Shown: in pieces, positions 6,747-10,251 of the stretch | Position numbering within the stretch: position 1 is the stretch's first letter | Layout: every line of letters begins with the position of its first letter | Assembly (NCBI GenBank): GCA_038998625.1 | Contig: JAWADS010000015.1 | Span: forward strand, 1-10,251 | DNA from: Candidatus Aenigmatarchaeota archaeon | GTDB lineage: Archaea; Aenigmatarchaeota; Aenigmatarchaeia; CG10238-14; SCSR01 | Direction of reading: 5' to 3' | DNA length: 10,251 nt | The notes under the pieces: model-generated | Seen by the model: only the letters and a program-made list of their open reading frames with translations | Told to the model about the DNA's origin: nothing | The model's database searches: none | Program-made: the position numbers and the translations under genes

Positions 6747-7582
6747 ACTTTATACTTCCTCTTTATCCACCATTCTAAAACTGCTGCATTAAAAATCCAA
6801 GTATAGGGCAAATCAGTTAAAAATCCGATGATAAGAATGCTTGAGATATTTGTTAGAAGTTTTGATGTTGATAAGAAGAATACAGCTAACATGGTTAATG
6901 TTATTGTTGCAATTAAAGTTACACCAGTGACAAATGCTTTTTTATATTGACTTGAAAATACTTCTGGCGTTGTTCTAACAACTTTATTTGTTAAAACTAT
7001 ATTTGTGTCTACAGTATAACCAATTAACATTAATAAACCGGCAAGCCCAGCAAAAGAAATTTTTATTCCTAAAAGGCTAGTAAAAGCTAAAGTTGTTAAA
7101 GTGTTTCCTAAAACTGCAAAAACTATGCCAAAAGAAGAAATTGGGTTACGATAAATTAAAAAAATAACAATACTCATTAAAACAAAAGCAACAATCAAAA
7201 CATAAACTAATTGCTGAAAAAATATTTCTCCTAGACTAGAGCCAATACTTTCAACAGAAAAAGAAATTACATTTATTCCCAAAGATTTAACTGTAGAAAT
7301 TACTTCATCACTATTAACATTTTTTTCTACCTCTATTTTAGCTCCATATCCAGTAGAAGTTTTCAATGAAGCAATAATTGCCGAGCCAAATTTTTCATTA
7401 ATCTTTAATTCTAACTCTTTACTGTTTATTGGATTATTTGTTTCTATAGTTATAGAAGTTCCACCTTTTAGATCAATATCTTTTAAAAAAAAGTCTCCAG
7501 TTTGAAAATAATTGTAAATTAAGACAACTATCGATATTAATAAAATCGATATTGATAGAGGCATTAAACTTTTCAAACGCAT
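6743..7582 (-). CDS. secF: Protein translocase subunit SecF
   Basis: DIDLKGGT, SIGSSLG, LMLIGYTVDTNIVLT and TWIFNAAVL motifs; 4-bp overlap with secD in the archaeal secF-secD order. Confidence 0.95.
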   Translation of the reverse strand: MRLKSLMPLSISILLISIVVLIYNYFQTGDFFLKDIDLKGGTSITIETNNPINSKELELKINEKFGSAIIASLKTSTGYGAKIEVEKNVNSDEVISTVKSLGINVISFSVESIGSSLGEIFFQQLVYVLIVAFVLMSIVIFLIYRNPISSFGIVFAVLGNTLTTLAFTSLLGIKISFAGLAGLLMLIGYTVDTNIVLTNKVVRTTPEVFSSQYKKAFVTGVTLIATITLTMLAVFFLSTSKLLTNISSILIIGFLTDLPYTWIFNAAVLEWWIKRKYKV

Positions 7583-7599
7583 ACTTATGATTCTGTTTG

Positions 7600-7613
7600 T
7601 TTAAATTTTTAAA
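7600..7613 (-). promoter_or_regulatory. Putative archaeal TATA box for secFD
   Basis: The minus strand reads TTTAAAAATTTAAA. TTTAAAAA (7613-7606) lies 24-31 nt upstream of the secF ATG, which fits a leaderless or short-leader transcript. The AT-rich background weakens the call. Confidence 0.35.
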
Positions 7614-7619
7614 TCTCCA

Positions 7620-8591
7620 TTATTCAAATTTAATTTTTTTAAAAGCATCTTCTATTGTTTTTGTAGTTATTTTTGATTCAGAAATAGAACATAAAGGCTT
7701 CAAAATTTTACCCTTTTTTATGGACTTGAAAAAACATATTAGCATTCTTTTTATAGGCTCGTCATTAAAACTTTGATGCAGCATTTCAGAACTTCTAGAT
7801 AAGTACATAATTTGCATATAATTTAATCTATGAAAATTTCTTTTCCATTCATCTGGAATTTTTGGACCACCATATATACTGATTTTTTGTTCACCATAAT
7901 TCATGTTAATGAATTTATCTTTTAAATAAATTTCAGCGGTTCTAATTCTATACCCAATTTCTTCTCGCATACAAACTGTTAATGTAGAATTTATATGCCC
8001 ATAAGTTAATTGCATAATAGAAATTTCATCATTTCTTTTTAGGAACTTAGCGTTAGGAGGAAAACCAAAAATATAATAACCAATATCTATATCATGGGAC
8101 ATTAAGTCATATTCAAGTCCAGGTCTTTCTCCAATAGGCTGAGACCAATTGAATCTTTTTGCAGCGTAAAATATTACTTCATTTGGGTTAATTTCTCTTT
8201 TTGCAACTTCAACTACAGGGTTGAATCTCTCAGAATACCCCACAGCTAAAATTTTTCCTTTGTTTTGTGAAATTTTCTCCAATTCCAAATCATTTTCATA
8301 TCTCAATGTAGAAGGTTTTTCGACTAAGACATCAATATCATGCTCCAAAGCGTCTTTTACTAATTTATAATGTGAGCTTGGAGAAGTTGCTATTATAATT
8401 GCGTTACAATCACTCAATAATTTAAAGTAATCTTGATACCATTCTATGTTACTAGGCAGTAAACTTTTTTTGCTTTCATCTATATCATAAACTCCGGTTA
8501 TATCAAATTCATTAACTTTAATTTCCATTAATCTATTAAGCAACAATTGTCCTCTTCTTCCGAATCCACATAGACCAATTTTCAATGGCAT
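7620..8591 (-). CDS. Gfo/Idh/MocA-family NAD(P)-dependent oxidoreductase, possibly a WbpB/WlbA-like nucleotide-sugar 3-dehydrogenase
   Basis: Rossmann GLCGFGRRG, VLVEKP, VGYSERFNP and DLMSHDID. The substrate is inferred only from the neighbouring gene. Confidence 0.88.
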   Translation of the reverse strand: MPLKIGLCGFGRRGQLLLNRLMEIKVNEFDITGVYDIDESKKSLLPSNIEWYQDYFKLLSDCNAIIIATSPSSHYKLVKDALEHDIDVLVEKPSTLRYENDLELEKISQNKGKILAVGYSERFNPVVEVAKREINPNEVIFYAAKRFNWSQPIGERPGLEYDLMSHDIDIGYYIFGFPPNAKFLKRNDEISIMQLTYGHINSTLTVCMREEIGYRIRTAEIYLKDKFINMNYGEQKISIYGGPKIPDEWKRNFHRLNYMQIMYLSRSSEMLHQSFNDEPIKRMLICFFKSIKKGKILKPLCSISESKITTKTIEDAFKKIKFE

Positions 8592-8603
8592 AAGACATCT
8601 TCT

Positions 8604-8624
8604 TATTTTTAAAATTTAAAAATA
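8604..8624 (-). promoter_or_regulatory. AT-only interrupted palindrome containing a putative TATA box for the oxidoreductase gene
   Basis: TATTTTTAAA-A-TTTAAAAATA; minus-strand TTTTAAAT (8621-8614) is 23-30 nt upstream of ATG 8591. Confidence 0.3.
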
Positions 8625-8634
8625 TATTGCATTT

Positions 8635-9915
8635 TCAGAAACAATTTCTTCCTATAGCCAGATACTTTATGCCTTTTTTGATTATCTTTTTAGGATTGAG
8701 GAAAGATTTACCATCAAAAACGAATTTCACATTACCTTTAAAATTTATTCTTTTAAATTCATCATGATCTGTAGCTACTATTACACCATCCATGAAGTTC
8801 AAATTTTTTAATTCTATAAATTTTGCTTTGGTTTTTTCTTCCAATTCTTTTTTAGAATAGAATGGATCATTGATGTAAACTTCAGCGCCTCTTTTTTTCA
8901 ATATTTCCAAGACATCGTAAGTTGGTGAAAATCTATCTTCTTTCACATTTCCTTTATAAGATAAACCTAAAACAGCAATTTTTTTATTTTTTAATGGGCC
9001 AAAATTTTTTTCTATAATTTCAACCGAATGTTTTGGCATATTTTTGTTAATTTCTATACTCAAACTTATTAAATTGGGATTATTCAGATGTTCTAAAACA
9101 AAATTCGGGTAGATAGGTATGCAATGACCACCAACTCCTATTGTCGCTTTATGCAAGTTGTAGTATGGTATTAGATTAAAATTTTTCATAACTTCTATGA
9201 AATCGATTTTAAATTTTTCACACAAAAGAGCTATTTCATTTGCTAATGCTATGTTTACATATCTATAAATTCCTTCTAAAAGTTTTATCATTTCAGCCGT
9301 TTCACAATTCTCGACTAATATTACACCTTTTTTATTAATTTTTTTATAAATTGATTTTGCGACTTCAGCGGATTTTCTATTTACACCACCAATAATTTGA
9401 TGCCATTTTTCGGTCAAGTCTTCAATAACATGTGGAATCATCGCTCTCTCCGGAGCATAAACTAAATAGAAATCTCTACCCATTTTCATTTTTGATTCTT
9501 TTTCCAATATTTTCCCAATGAAATTTCTCGTTGCACCTAAAGGCATTGTAGTCGAAACAATTACTAAATCTTCCTTTTTCAAATTCTTACCTATAATTTT
9601 ACTTACACTTTTTATGTTAGAAAAGTCAGGTTTATTTTCTTTCAATATTAAAGGAACAATTATTACTTTGACATCTGAATTTCGTGCGGCATAATTTAAA
9701 TCATTTGTAGCTTTTATTTTCCTTTGTTTTACATATTTTTTTAATAATTTTGGAACTTTCACTTCGTTTGAGAGAGGTGAAATACCTTCATTTATCATCC
9801 TAACTTTTTTTTCATCTAAATCAGCGCCTATAACTTTTCCTATAGATGCAAAAATACAAACTAAAGATATACCTATATTTCCTAAACCAAAAACTGAAAA
9901 TATCATGTTTTTCAC
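8635..9915 (-). CDS. Nucleotide-sugar 6-dehydrogenase (UDP-GlcNAc/ManNAc dehydrogenase, WbpA/WecC-like)
   Basis: GLGNIG Rossmann motif, YAPER, AEMIKLLE, catalytic GVGGHCIP, LGLSYKGNVKEDRFSP and ATDHDEF. Start is GTG 9915 (overlapping the upstream TAG) or ATG 9906. Confidence 0.93.
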   Translation of the reverse strand: MKNMIFSVFGLGNIGISLVCIFASIGKVIGADLDEKKVRMINEGISPLSNEVKVPKLLKKYVKQRKIKATNDLNYAARNSDVKVIIVPLILKENKPDFSNIKSVSKIIGKNLKKEDLVIVSTTMPLGATRNFIGKILEKESKMKMGRDFYLVYAPERAMIPHVIEDLTEKWHQIIGGVNRKSAEVAKSIYKKINKKGVILVENCETAEMIKLLEGIYRYVNIALANEIALLCEKFKIDFIEVMKNFNLIPYYNLHKATIGVGGHCIPIYPNFVLEHLNNPNLISLSIEINKNMPKHSVEIIEKNFGPLKNKKIAVLGLSYKGNVKEDRFSPTYDVLEILKKRGAEVYINDPFYSKKELEEKTKAKFIELKNLNFMDGVIVATDHDEFKRINFKGNVKFVFDGKSFLNPKKIIKKGIKYLAIGRNCF

Positions 9916-10251
9916 TATTTTCTTGATGCCATATACATTATCTCTGCAACCGGTTTTATATCATAACCAAATTTTTTAAGAATTTTTTCACATTTTTTTA
10001 AATAGTACTCATTCCAAGCTTCAAAAAATATTATTAAATTTTTATTTTTTAATATTTTTGTTGCACCCTTAAAAAACTTCAGGTTCACTTCCTTCGACAT
10101 CTAATTTCATCATGTCTACATTTTTAATTTTTAATTTTTTGAGAATATCATCTAATTTTCTTGCTTTAATAATTATTTTTACTTTTTTACCCTTTGTAAT
10201 ATCATATATCTTACTTATATCATAATCATATATACTACTCAAACTACTAAA
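9915..10251 (-). pseudogene. FkbM-family SAM-dependent methyltransferase, 3' part, interrupted by a +1 frameshift (5' end outside window)
   Basis: The frame from 10251 reads ...ARKLDDILKKLKIKNVDMMKLDVEGSEPEVF* (TAA 10071-10069). The expected continuation KGATKILKNKNLIIFFE lies in the next frame from 10070. The shift falls in an A6 run at 10071-10076. Confidence 0.8.

Noticed and set aside
9915..10100. Stand-alone 61-aa protein
   Set aside because: It is the out-of-frame C-terminal part of the FkbM gene. Its ATG lies inside the conserved LDVEG codons.
10198..10251. Short imperfect duplications in FkbM (FSS-LSS, IYDYDISKIYDI)
   Set aside because: In-frame, low-complexity AT-rich sequence at the window edge that cannot be distinguished from chance.

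Overview
AT-rich archaeal chromosomal window, probably DPANN (Aenigmarchaeota-like; inferred from gene style, not proven). The left end is a structured non-coding region (63-375) with a perfect 10-bp tandem array, several copies of a TATGAA-N2-TTCATA dyad motif, a 95% AT tract and a 27-bp direct repeat. The + strand then carries a small winged-helix protein, a PolD small-subunit (DP1) homologue that has lost all of its phosphoesterase metal-binding motifs, an intact Pol delta-like family B polymerase ending in a DP2-type Zn finger, and a PAP2 membrane phosphatase. The - strand carries a frameshifted FkbM methyltransferase, a UDP-HexNAc 6-dehydrogenase, a Gfo/Idh/MocA oxidoreductase, secF and secD. 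The main finding is a probable eukaryote-like two-subunit replicase in an archaeon (PolB with a C-terminal Zn finger plus a dead-exonuclease B subunit), next to a candidate origin or operator and a possible cognate wHTH protein. All family assignments come from motif recognition by eye; no searches were run.
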